DNA from: a bacterium
Lineage (GTDB): Bacteria > Bacteroidota > Ignavibacteria > UBA10030
NCBI GenBank assembly: GCA_043803945.1
Contig: JAZDJN010000050.1
Location: forward strand, 1 to 19,927
DNA length: 19,927 nucleotides
Direction of reading: 5' to 3'
The notes below the pieces were generated by a model. It had not been told where the DNA came from. It saw only the letters and a program-made list of their open reading frames with translations, and searched no databases. The first letter of the stretch is position 1, and the number at the start of each line of letters is the position of its first letter. Made by a program: the position numbers and the translations under genes. Of the stretch, positions 1 through 9,322 are shown piece after piece.

Positions 1-2
1 TT

Positions 3-875
3 TTTTTTAACTCCCTGTTTGTGTTCTTGGCGCTGTGGTTTTTGGTTGGCGGGGGCCCCCCAAACCCCCACGACCGTACCATTTTTCAGTTTATAGGTAA
101 CGAGTTCTTTTGGATTGATACCGTCGGGGTTCATAATCCCGCCGCGCGAATCACACGCTGCAACGAGTGTCCCTCCGCCGAGCAATTCCTGGTGCAGATA
201 CGCCGCTCGTTGCCCGGCATTTCCGAATCCCTGAATGGCGTATGTCCCGTGGGCATTGACACCTAACACTTTGCATGCCTCCCGTACGGTGATCACGCCA
301 CCCCGTGCGGTTGCGTCGCGGCGTCCCTCCGTTCCGCCAATCTGCTGCGGTTTATCGGTGAGAACACCCGGATGATGATAACCCATGATTGTCTCATATT
401 CATCCATCATCCATGCCATTGTTTGCGGATTGGTATAGACATCCGGGGCCGGAATGTCCTTATCAACCCCAATCGAACGGGCAAGAGCACGGACATAGGC
501 CCGTGAGACATTCTCGAGCTCACGATTCGACATCGTCCGTGGATCGCACACTACACCTCCTTTGCCTCCACCCAGGGGAAGATCCACAACGGATGTTTTC
601 CACGCCATCCATCCGGCGAGTGCCCGAATGGTATCGACGGTTTCGTCGGGATGAAACCGTATTCCCCCTTTCGCCGGCCCGCGTGCATAGTTGTACTGAA
701 TGCGATACCCATGGAAGATTTTTACCTCTCCATTATCCATCCGTACCGGCATAGTAAATTTCAATTCCTTTTGAGGCCAGAGCAGCAGCGCAATCGTGGC
801 AGCATCAAGATTGAGGATTTTAGCGGCTTCCGTTACCTGTTGTTGAAGGACATGAAATGAATTGTACGAACCCAT
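3..875 (-). CDS. gdh: Glu/Leu/Phe/Val dehydrogenase, family-II (Thermotoga/archaeal-like) glutamate dehydrogenase; 3'-partial, runs off the window edge; absent from the ORF track
   Basis: Manual translation from ATG at 875 (RBS AAGGA just upstream) gives MGSYNSFHVLQQQ...GYRIQYNYARGPAKGGIRFHP...WMAWKTSVVDLPLGGGKGG...DIPAPDVYTNPQTMAWMMDEY...GGTEGRRDATARG...AIQGFGNAG...ACDSRGG, with no stop before base 1. GDH similarity decays in the last ~70 nt. Confidence 0.95.
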   Translation of the reverse strand, partial: MGSYNSFHVLQQQVTEAAKILNLDAATIALLLWPQKELKFTMPVRMDNGEVKIFHGYRIQYNYARGPAKGGIRFHPDETVDTIRALAGWMAWKTSVVDLPLGGGKGGVVCDPRTMSNRELENVSRAYVRALARSIGVDKDIPAPDVYTNPQTMAWMMDEYETIMGYHHPGVLTDKPQQIGGTEGRRDATARGGVITVREACKVLGVNAHGTYAIQGFGNAGQRAAYLHQELLGGGTLVAACDSRGGIMNPDGINPKELVTYKLKNGTVVGVWGAPANQKPQRQEHKQGVKK

Positions 876-879
876 ACGA

Positions 880-1071
880 TTATTCCTTCGGCGGGTGTGG
901 TGAATGGTTTTCAGTTTCATCGTCTTCGCGCTTATCAAGAATAATGCGGTACCAGCAGTTCTTGCACATCAGCGCCCGATCGACGCTCAACAATACCTGC
1001 TGCCAGGGACTGAGTTTCTGGCCACAGTGCGGACAGGTATCGATGAGGCTTTCCGATTTTTCTTTATTCAC
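880..1071 (-). CDS. Small zinc-ribbon-like protein (CPHC-x19-CKNC), 63 aa
   Basis: Two CxxC pairs. The GTG start overlaps the upstream stop (GTGAATAA) and its own stop lies 4 nt before the gdh ATG, so it fills the gap exactly, as expected for translational coupling. Confidence 0.8.
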   Translation of the reverse strand: MNKEKSESLIDTCPHCGQKLSPWQQVLLSVDRALMCKNCWYRIILDKREDDETENHSPHPPKE

Positions 1072-4000
1072 TGGGAACCTCAGGTTTCAAAATAATCCCT
1101 CTGCTCTGATGCCCATTTATTTTGATCGTGAGCGGCTTGGTGAAGTGAAACAGTTTTGTAAATGTTTTCATTGCTTCCGGTGTCTGTTGCAAGATCCATT
1201 CCCAATCAAGAAATCCTTGCTGATGCTGCTCATTGATGGTAAAGTATCCTACCATGAAAGAAGTAATATTTTGGAAGAAATGCGAGCCCTGCGATGGTGT
1301 TACCGACATTTCCTTGAATCCGGTCTCGATGATAGCTTTGGCGCCGGCGATCTGTTCCCACGTTACCGGTATGCCCAGCCACGGGTCAAGCGAGCCCCAG
1401 CGGCCTACCCCAATGAGCAGGTAAGGCCGCTGTTCGCTGATTAATTTTGTATTGAATGCCGCAATTTCCTTGGCAACTTCACGGCTCCGAGAGCGATCAA
1501 AAAGATGGTAGTCCACGACGACAACATCCCTGATCCCATCGATGAGTCCATGACCGAGTACCTGATTGCTTTCGCACAGAAGTTTAGAAGTGTCCTGAAG
1601 ATCGAACGTCAGTTCTTCAGGCTCGCGATGCACAACGAGCGGGCGCATTTGTAGCAAGGCAAATTCGTGCGGCTTCTTCGGCATAAAATTGAGATTCATC
1701 GCAAACTCGATCTCCACCGGAGTCCCCATTCCCCAGCTTCCCATATCGAGTAAAAGCTCAATAATCTGAGGAAGTGGGGTAAGGCGGTTCCTGAGAATGG
1801 GATTGAAGGTCACCACACGAATTCCGCTTCGTGCTATTCCGTCATAGATGGCATCATTCTCCGTTGAATACGTTGATCCGACATAATGCAGCGAGCCATC
1901 CCGCTCGGCGACATCGAGACTATGCAACTGCACCATCATATCTTGCGTCTCTGTGCCAAAATCGGAGTTTGCATCGAGCTCGAGTGAAAAGAAGGAGCGC
2001 TGCGAGCTGTTCATCGTCTCCTTGACCGAATAGAATTGGAGAACATCGGCAGGATATTTCGGACAGAACCGGACCGTATTGCCCCCGTCGACAACAGTTT
2101 TCCCAAGGCCCAGAGCAACTGCCACGGTTCCATCGGATGGCTTCTGGGGTGCAATAGTATAGAAGTTATACGACTTTGCTACGCCGGCGATGTCGGGGTA
2201 GAAACGGTTCTCATGGGCCCTCCCAGCCAGCCGCTGAATAATCACCGCCATCTTTTCCTCTTCAAGCCGATAGGAGGTGACACGGATATACTCTTTGGCA
2301 CCCTGGTAGAATGTCGAGGCATAGACACGCTTGACGCTGTTCAAGAGATCATTCAACCGGACAAGAGGATTTGCGTGCAAGTTCGGAATCATATACGTCT
2401 CATACACACCGGCAAAGGGGTGATACTGGGAATCTTCGAGCAAGCTGGAGGAGCGAACCGCCAGTGGTGTATGTATGATCTCAAGAAACGCCGCAAGATC
2501 AGCAAAGATATCAGAAGGAAATTTTTCCGCCTCTAGGAATCGTTTTGTGATCTCACGATCATCCGAACAGTTGAAGGCAAACTCCCGAAGTTGATTCTCT
2601 TCCAGGAATTGATCAAAGACATCGGTACCGATAACCACGGCAGCGGGGACGGAAATATGTATATTCTCAAACCGTTCACGCACATTATAATCATTTACAA
2701 GGGTATTGACAAAACCGAGGCCCCTTGCTTTGCCTCCGAGTGAACCGCCGCCGATCCGGGCAAAACTCGATTCGGGATCGAAGGAATCCTTTGAGAAATC
2801 GGCGATAATACCGCGCTGACGGATGTTGCGATAGTGATGAAGCGAGGTGATGAGATCCTTCCGGAGCGCCTCGATTGTTGGGTAGTCGGTAACCTTTCTT
2901 GGCCTCAGCTTGTCTGCCAACCAGAATTCTGTGCGGGCCTTTAACCAGTTGGAAAAATGATTTCGTTCGGCGTGATACCGGATGCTTGCGGCGGGAACAA
3001 TTCTCAACATCTCCTCAAGGCTTTTCAGATCGTTCGCCCTTCCTGTTTCGGTTCCTTCCGGATCACGGAAAATAAAATCACCAAAACTGAAGTTCCGGAT
3101 CATAAATTGCCGGAGTTCATGGAGGAGCATCGGCGAATCTTTAACGATGAAAGAAGCCCCCACCTCATGAGCCCTCGATTCATTCCCCGACGCATTGGAA
3201 AGAAGAAGAAGAGGAAGATCATCCTGGTTTCGTTTCACCTCGCCTGCAAAGGTAATTCCCGCTTCCGGGTCCTGGGCTCCGTTGTGCGGAAAATCGATAT
3301 CGGAAATTACTCCGAGCATGTACTCGCGATACTTTTCGTAATACTCCCAGGCTTCTTCATAGTTGCTGCAGAGAAGAATTTTAGGGCGTGCCCGCATGCG
3401 AAGAAACTTATGGGTGAGATTGATCCCTTCGGAGATGAGCCTCTGCGATTGTTTGAGGATTTCGGTATAGATGATCGGCAGTATTGAGGAATAATACTTC
3501 ACATTATCCTCGATGACAATCATGGTCTGCACACCGACAATTCTCGTATCGTGTTCAACATTGAGCCGGTCTTCGAGGTACTTTACAATGGCGATGATAA
3601 TGCGGAAGTCCCCCTGCCAGATGAACACCTTATCGAAGACAGAGACATCATGGTTGAGCAGAAGATATTTGAGTTCCCTGTTGTCATGAGCCAGGAGGAT
3701 AATGGGGATATTCAATCCGGATTCTTTGACGAGGCGTGCAAAGTTGATAGCGTGCATATCGTCGATATGCAGAGTGGTGATGATCAGGTCGAAACGGCGT
3801 TCTTCTTTTGCGAGCGTAATCGCTTCCTCACCGCTCGAAACACGGGTAAGTTCAGGGGAGTGGCTCAGATTAAACCCCTGATACTCGTTTCTGATCAACT
3901 CATAGAGCCGGCCATCTTCTTCAAACAGATAGAGATCGTACAGGCTGGAGACCAGCAGAATATTGCTGATGCGGATGCGCATGAGGTTTTGGAATCCCTG

Positions 4001-4075
4001 GAATCGATTGCCGTACCCATGCTCTACCCACAGCGGATCGATTGAACTGATCACCTGTTCGAGTTTATTCTCCAT
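1064..4075 (-). CDS. Receiver-domain / PEP-pyruvate-binding (PPDK_N ATP-grasp) / phospho-His swivel protein, paralog 1 (PEP-synthase-like)
   Basis: PPDK_N motifs GGKARGLG, PLAVRSSSLLEDS..PFAGVYET, MAVIIQ, EIEFA and LLQMRP. Two N-terminal CheY-like folds. C-terminal SQGSHFFQN. Start moved to ATG 4075 (MENKLEQ), which follows a GGAGA RBS; the longer TTG start at 4114 lies inside a terminator hairpin. Confidence 0.9.
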   Translation of the reverse strand: MENKLEQVISSIDPLWVEHGYGNRFQGFQNLMRIRISNILLVSSLYDLYLFEEDGRLYELIRNEYQGFNLSHSPELTRVSSGEEAITLAKEERRFDLIITTLHIDDMHAINFARLVKESGLNIPIILLAHDNRELKYLLLNHDVSVFDKVFIWQGDFRIIIAIVKYLEDRLNVEHDTRIVGVQTMIVIEDNVKYYSSILPIIYTEILKQSQRLISEGINLTHKFLRMRARPKILLCSNYEEAWEYYEKYREYMLGVISDIDFPHNGAQDPEAGITFAGEVKRNQDDLPLLLLSNASGNESRAHEVGASFIVKDSPMLLHELRQFMIRNFSFGDFIFRDPEGTETGRANDLKSLEEMLRIVPAASIRYHAERNHFSNWLKARTEFWLADKLRPRKVTDYPTIEALRKDLITSLHHYRNIRQRGIIADFSKDSFDPESSFARIGGGSLGGKARGLGFVNTLVNDYNVRERFENIHISVPAAVVIGTDVFDQFLEENQLREFAFNCSDDREITKRFLEAEKFPSDIFADLAAFLEIIHTPLAVRSSSLLEDSQYHPFAGVYETYMIPNLHANPLVRLNDLLNSVKRVYASTFYQGAKEYIRVTSYRLEEEKMAVIIQRLAGRAHENRFYPDIAGVAKSYNFYTIAPQKPSDGTVAVALGLGKTVVDGGNTVRFCPKYPADVLQFYSVKETMNSSQRSFFSLELDANSDFGTETQDMMVQLHSLDVAERDGSLHYVGSTYSTENDAIYDGIARSGIRVVTFNPILRNRLTPLPQIIELLLDMGSWGMGTPVEIEFAMNLNFMPKKPHEFALLQMRPLVVHREPEELTFDLQDTSKLLCESNQVLGHGLIDGIRDVVVVDYHLFDRSRSREVAKEIAAFNTKLISEQRPYLLIGVGRWGSLDPWLGIPVTWEQIAGAKAIIETGFKEMSVTPSQGSHFFQNITSFMVGYFTINEQHQQGFLDWEWILQQTPEAMKTFTKLFHFTKPLTIKINGHQSRGIILKPEVPSE

Positions 4076-4092
4076 CAATCTATCTCCAGCAG

Positions 4093-4129
4093 AAAAAAAA
4101 GGGGAAACAGGCAAAGGCTCTGTCTCCCC
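4093..4129 (-). terminator. Intrinsic terminator between gdhA and receiver-dikinase paralog 1
   Basis: Minus strand reads GGGGAGACAG-agcctttgc-CTGTTTCCCC followed by T8. Confidence 0.85.
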
Positions 4130-4153
4130 ACACCATTGGACTGGTCGAACTGT

Positions 4154-5641
<1,488 letters not shown>

Positions 5642-5696
5642 TTACTGAAAGTGTAGGGGAAGAATAGGAAGAAGGATAGTGGTAAACGGATGGATC

Positions 5697-5720
5697 TTGT
5701 GTAGGGAATTCCCTACACAA
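5697..5720. promoter_or_regulatory. Perfect 24-bp palindrome, candidate operator upstream of gdhA
   Basis: TTGTGTAGGGAATTCCCTACACAA is its own reverse complement. An extra half-site, GTGTAGGG, sits at 5651-5658. It is about 180 nt upstream of the start codon. Confidence 0.55.
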
Positions 5721-5793
5721 AAATCGGTGCAGAAATGAACGGAAGATTCATCACGGAGTGTCTCTCACTTGCGGTTTCCAATACTAACCCGAA

Positions 5794-5843
5794 GGCGTCC
5801 CGCCGAGGGAATTAGCGAAATTCTTATGTTCGGCGAGGACGCC
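5794..5843. repeat. GC-rich REP-like hairpin downstream of the peptidase-like gene
   Basis: GGCGTCC-CGCCGA ... TCGGCG-A-GGACGCC inverted repeat with an inner GGGAATT/AATTCTT stem and no U-tract. Confidence 0.55.
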
Positions 5844-5891
5844 CTCGCACTAGTGCATCGATCTGATAGTTCTTTTTGATTGTATAGAGAT

Positions 5892-7585
5892 TTACTTCAT
5901 TAAGACCATCTTTCCATTGGCGATCAATGATTTCCCGCCACTCAGAGATTGAGCAACAAAGCGATAGAGATACGTACCGCTGGAGATACTCCTTCCTGCT
6001 GCATCTTTCGCATTCCACACTACGCTATGATAACCGGCTGACTTCTGTGCCTGCACGAGTGTTGTGACCTTGCGTCCCATCAGATCATAGACCTCAAGTG
6101 TAACTAATGCATTCTGAGGCAGTTGATAAGACAGAGTAGTCGTAGGATTGAAGGGATTTGGAAAATTGCCGATTGCAAACTCTGTTGGCAATTGATCAAG
6201 CTTGCCGTTGACAAGTTGACCCGGCATTATTCGTGGTTCGGGAAGCGACACTGTACCTACGACAGTGGCAGGCACATAATCGGACGTTGCGCCTTGATAG
6301 CACGTTCGGACTTTATAAAACACCATCTCATCTGTCGATGTGCCTGTAGCGATGCAATCAGGATCAGTCCAGGAATTTGAATTGGGTTCAGCAGAAGCGA
6401 CTAACTCATATGGCTGGTATTTGACTGTGCGATAGATCTCGTAACCTATACCGCTATTCTGATAGGCAGTCCATTGTATGACATATGTTGACCAACGTTG
6501 GCGACCGCGGTTACGTTTTGTGGAGGAAGGGGTGTTCGTGAGAAACGGGCTGTATATGTATCATTGCCGGTGGGTAAAAATGTATTGTTGCTCATATTTG
6601 TTGATATGGTATTTCCATTTTTCTGCCAATCGATAAATGAGTATTGGATTCCGTCTACCTGTTGCGGCGAAATTGCAGAGACAGCAATGCCATTTCGATA
6701 TCTGACCTTATTGTGGAGGGATGGAGAGACAATAGTACTTTGTGAAACCGATATCTGTCCACCACTAAAATCATTTTCTACCGTTACGTCATATTCTTCT
6801 GAAAAGTTTGCTTGATATGTACCCGCCACCGATGGAATCGATATTCCCATACTCGTTATCAGATTTCCAGGTGTAGACCAATTGTCAAATTTCATCGTAT
6901 ATCCGCTTTGTTGTTGATCATCAATTGCCTGAACAGATACTGGGAATTTATTCCATCTCCAACCGGGCTCGTAGCCCCCAGAGGGGATTGAACGAGTCGT
7001 ACCGTCCACGATCATGTATCCGTCGTTAAAACTATTATTAAGTGTAATCGCATATATTGGATTGTGGATATTTCGAGTATTTGCCTTATCAGTTGTCGTA
7101 AGATAAAGTGTTTGCCCTCTGGAAGCAGGATACATGATAGAAGGAAAATCCAGGTTGCCAATCGTTACATAAAACAAGTGTCCAAATTCATGCAATATTG
7201 TTGTCTGGAGATCATATAAATAAGGATCTCCTGAGAGAGACCACTCTGACCAGTTATTAATATAAATAAGGGAAGACGAAGGTGCATGACCTGGTTCACT
7301 CCCCAGGTCGGTGAATTCAACATAAATGTTAGGTCCCGATTCATTGTACTCCATCGTAATTACATCGGAGGCATTGGTCCATTCCGTAATTGCCCCACGG
7401 ATGAGCTCAAGTATTTCATTCCTTATCGAATTTTGATCATAGATCCAGGTATTTCCAGATTTTATACGAGTTGGTAGTGTTCCCGTGAGAGCGACTCGAT
7501 ATTCTACACCGCGCTGAACCTGTTGGGAGAACACAATATCTATGGAGAATACCATCATCGTGAAAATAAGCAGACTCTTTTTCAT
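5892..7585 (-). pseudogene. Secreted matrixin/metzincin-like peptidase + B-repeat-like domains + FN3 + T9SS-type C-terminal domain, split by one frameshift near 6481-6487
   Basis: Signal peptide MKKSLLIFTMMVFSIDIVFS (ATG 7585, AAAGGA RBS), TILHEFGH and Met-turn SIMYP. PLPPQNVTAVANVGQH continues in another frame as VIQWTAYQNSGIGYEIYRT..WTD..VFYKVRT (FN3-like) into ORF 5892..6326, which ends NFPNPFNPTT..GKMVLMK. The span is 1694 nt, not a multiple of 3. Confidence 0.85.
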
Positions 7586-7747
7586 CAGAATATCCTTTCG
7601 TTGTTGGTTTTTGCTCAAATTATTTTGTACCGTTCACAAGGACAAGGAAGCAAAAGAGCCCTATGTGCGAAAATAGTCGCACGAACCGAGGTTAGTAGCC
7701 TCGATGCATTATTTGCAGGATGACAGGAACCTATTGTTTCTTTTTCT

Positions 7748-7786
7748 CTTAAGGCGGTGGTTGCATCACTGCCTTAAGTTTTTTTT
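7748..7786 (+). terminator. Plus-strand intrinsic terminator (opposite to all flanking genes)
   Basis: CTTAAGGCGGTGGT-TGC-ATCACTGCCTTAAG followed by T8. Two G-U pairs form only in the plus-strand RNA, and the minus-strand version is followed by an A-rich tract. Confidence 0.65.
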
Positions 7787-7809
7787 ATATCTACTTGTGA
7801 CCTCTCTAT

Positions 7810-8877
7810 TTATTTTCCATGTATTACATAGCTTCTCCAACCATCTGTCCCGGCAATGAATACTTCTATTCCATCAGTCCATACTGCCCAGAAATCTCCC
7901 ATGCTCTGAAGGTGTTCATATCTAAACCAATCTCTTCCGTTAAAGTGATAGGCTTGCCCGCCTCCACCAACTGCTAAGAAATTATCTCCACTCGTTCCGC
8001 CAATATCTATAAAGAATTTTTCTCCCTCCCGATAGTGTATTCTTTCCCAAACACTTCCTGTGTATCTATAAATACCGACTCCACAGGAATAGAGCTTACC
8101 ATCAAGGAATAATAATTTTGCCGTTCCAAATTTATAATCGATCTGGTTGTAGACAAGTGTAAACGAGTCGACGATTAGCCAATTTTCTCCATTCCACTTA
8201 TAAATGGAATGATAGGAGGTATCTTCTATACCTACATCTTTCTTATAGCATAAGGCATATACAGCTTGTGGTGAGATTCCTACAATATCATTAATATGAT
8301 CGATGTTGGCACCTATGGTAGCATTCCGCCAGTTTATCCCATCGTAATGGAAAAGTGTAGGTCCACTTCCTCCAACCCAGATATCATTCGTCGACGCTCC
8401 CCAGAGAGCAGTCAAGATTCGTCCGCCAGGAGTTACCATCTCTCGCCATGAGACCCCATCATAATTCATAATGAAACTGCTATCGATAAAGGTCGGTGGA
8501 GGATTAGGATTATAATCTGATTTTGAACCAATGATGAAGACATTCTTGGAATTGAAGCCAAATATTTTTCTTAAACTTACTGATCCTTTGATTTGACCCC
8601 CGTCAATTATGTGGTAGTTTACATTACTCCAGGACTTCCCATTATAATGAAACACGCAACGACCACCAGATGCATGGCCAGCCGCATAAACATCAGAGGC
8701 TGATGTGCCCCAGATATCGTACAACACTAACTGATCAATATTATTCCCGTTGAGGGTATCTATTGTCCAAGAGAGTGCACGTAAATCCTTTACCTTCGTG
8801 ACTGGTTCAGTGGAGTGTTTGCAGGATAGGCAGGTCAGAAGCAGGAAAGAAAAGAAGAGAAAAGTAGTATTTTTCAT
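7810..8877 (-). CDS. Lipoprotein with repeated beta-propeller blades (function unknown)
   Basis: MKN + hydrophobic stretch + lipobox CLS|C. Repeats of the form L..IWG.S..DVYAAG...FHY.G..W occur about 6-7 times. Visibly AT-richer than the gdh genes. Confidence 0.85.
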   Translation of the reverse strand: MKNTTFLFFSFLLLTCLSCKHSTEPVTKVKDLRALSWTIDTLNGNNIDQLVLYDIWGTSASDVYAAGHASGGRCVFHYNGKSWSNVNYHIIDGGQIKGSVSLRKIFGFNSKNVFIIGSKSDYNPNPPPTFIDSSFIMNYDGVSWREMVTPGGRILTALWGASTNDIWVGGSGPTLFHYDGINWRNATIGANIDHINDIVGISPQAVYALCYKKDVGIEDTSYHSIYKWNGENWLIVDSFTLVYNQIDYKFGTAKLLFLDGKLYSCGVGIYRYTGSVWERIHYREGEKFFIDIGGTSGDNFLAVGGGGQAYHFNGRDWFRYEHLQSMGDFWAVWTDGIEVFIAGTDGWRSYVIHGK

Positions 8878-8960
8878 AGACCTGTTCGTATAAAAAGACG
8901 ACTGTTCAAGTATGCACCTTCAACGAAGCTGCTCCTCTTCACAGGCACTTCTTTTTCACG

Positions 8961-9237
8961 GAGATCGAACGGTTCACAACCTCACATACAGTGCACTGCT
9001 ACAATATGAAAAAAAAACGAAGTCAAGGTTTTTTTCATTCATGATTGTGAAACTTGATTGCTGTAAGTCTTCTCAATGCGTGCTGTGGCAAAATACCAAT
9101 GTGAGAAGAGAGACGAGAGATGTGAGATGAAAGTACCAGATTGCAGGAGACAGACTGAAGACAACAGAGAAAAGGAACAAAGCGCCGAACCGTTCACTCA
9201 GACCAGGATTACACATTGAAGTGAACGGTTCGATCTC
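8961..9237. repeat. Segment bounded by 17-bp inverted repeats, with internal 7-mer tandem repeats (MITE-like)
   Basis: GAGATCGAACGGTTCAC (8961-8977) matches the reverse complement of GTGAACGGTTCGATCTC (9221-9237) with 1 mismatch. A third copy, CGAACCGTTCACT, is at 9186-9198. GWGAGAN x4 at 9101-9128. Confidence 0.45.
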
Positions 9238-9248
9238 AAGCTTTTAGA

Positions 9249-9292
9249 ACCTTCGGAAGGTCTGTGGATTTATCTGGTAATCCTTCCGAAGG
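9249..9292. repeat. REP-like pair of short palindromes just downstream of paralog 2
   Basis: ACCTTCGGAAGGT ... CCTTCCGAAGG; each unit is nearly self-complementary and the two are inverted copies of each other. Confidence 0.55.
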
Positions 9293-9322
9293 GCGCTCAG
9301 GCTCGATGCAATGAATTGGCAT

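Noticed and set aside
1-70. Novel C-terminal tail on the third GDH (VWGAPANQKPQRQEHKQGVKK)
   Set aside because: Homopolymer-rich sequence at the window edge where GDH similarity abruptly decays; most likely a low-quality contig end.
21-1444. Plus-strand ORFs 21..266, 389..754, 651..860 and 857..1444
   Set aside because: Antisense shadows of the minus-strand gdh, Zn-ribbon and dikinase genes, with no recognisable motifs.
1064-4075. Calling the large proteins ppsA or ppdK
   Set aside because: The pyruvate/PEP-binding TIM barrel is absent and receiver domains are added, so the gene symbol is withheld.
7720-7752. Mini-ORF MTGTYCFFFS before the plus-strand terminator, resembling a Phe attenuator leader
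   Set aside because: No plus-strand gene lies downstream to be attenuated and there is no clear RBS.
8912-9130. 72-aa plus-strand ORF (similarly 14252..14485 and 17571..17768)
   Set aside because: These run through repeats and low-complexity intergenic DNA with no RBS or motif support.
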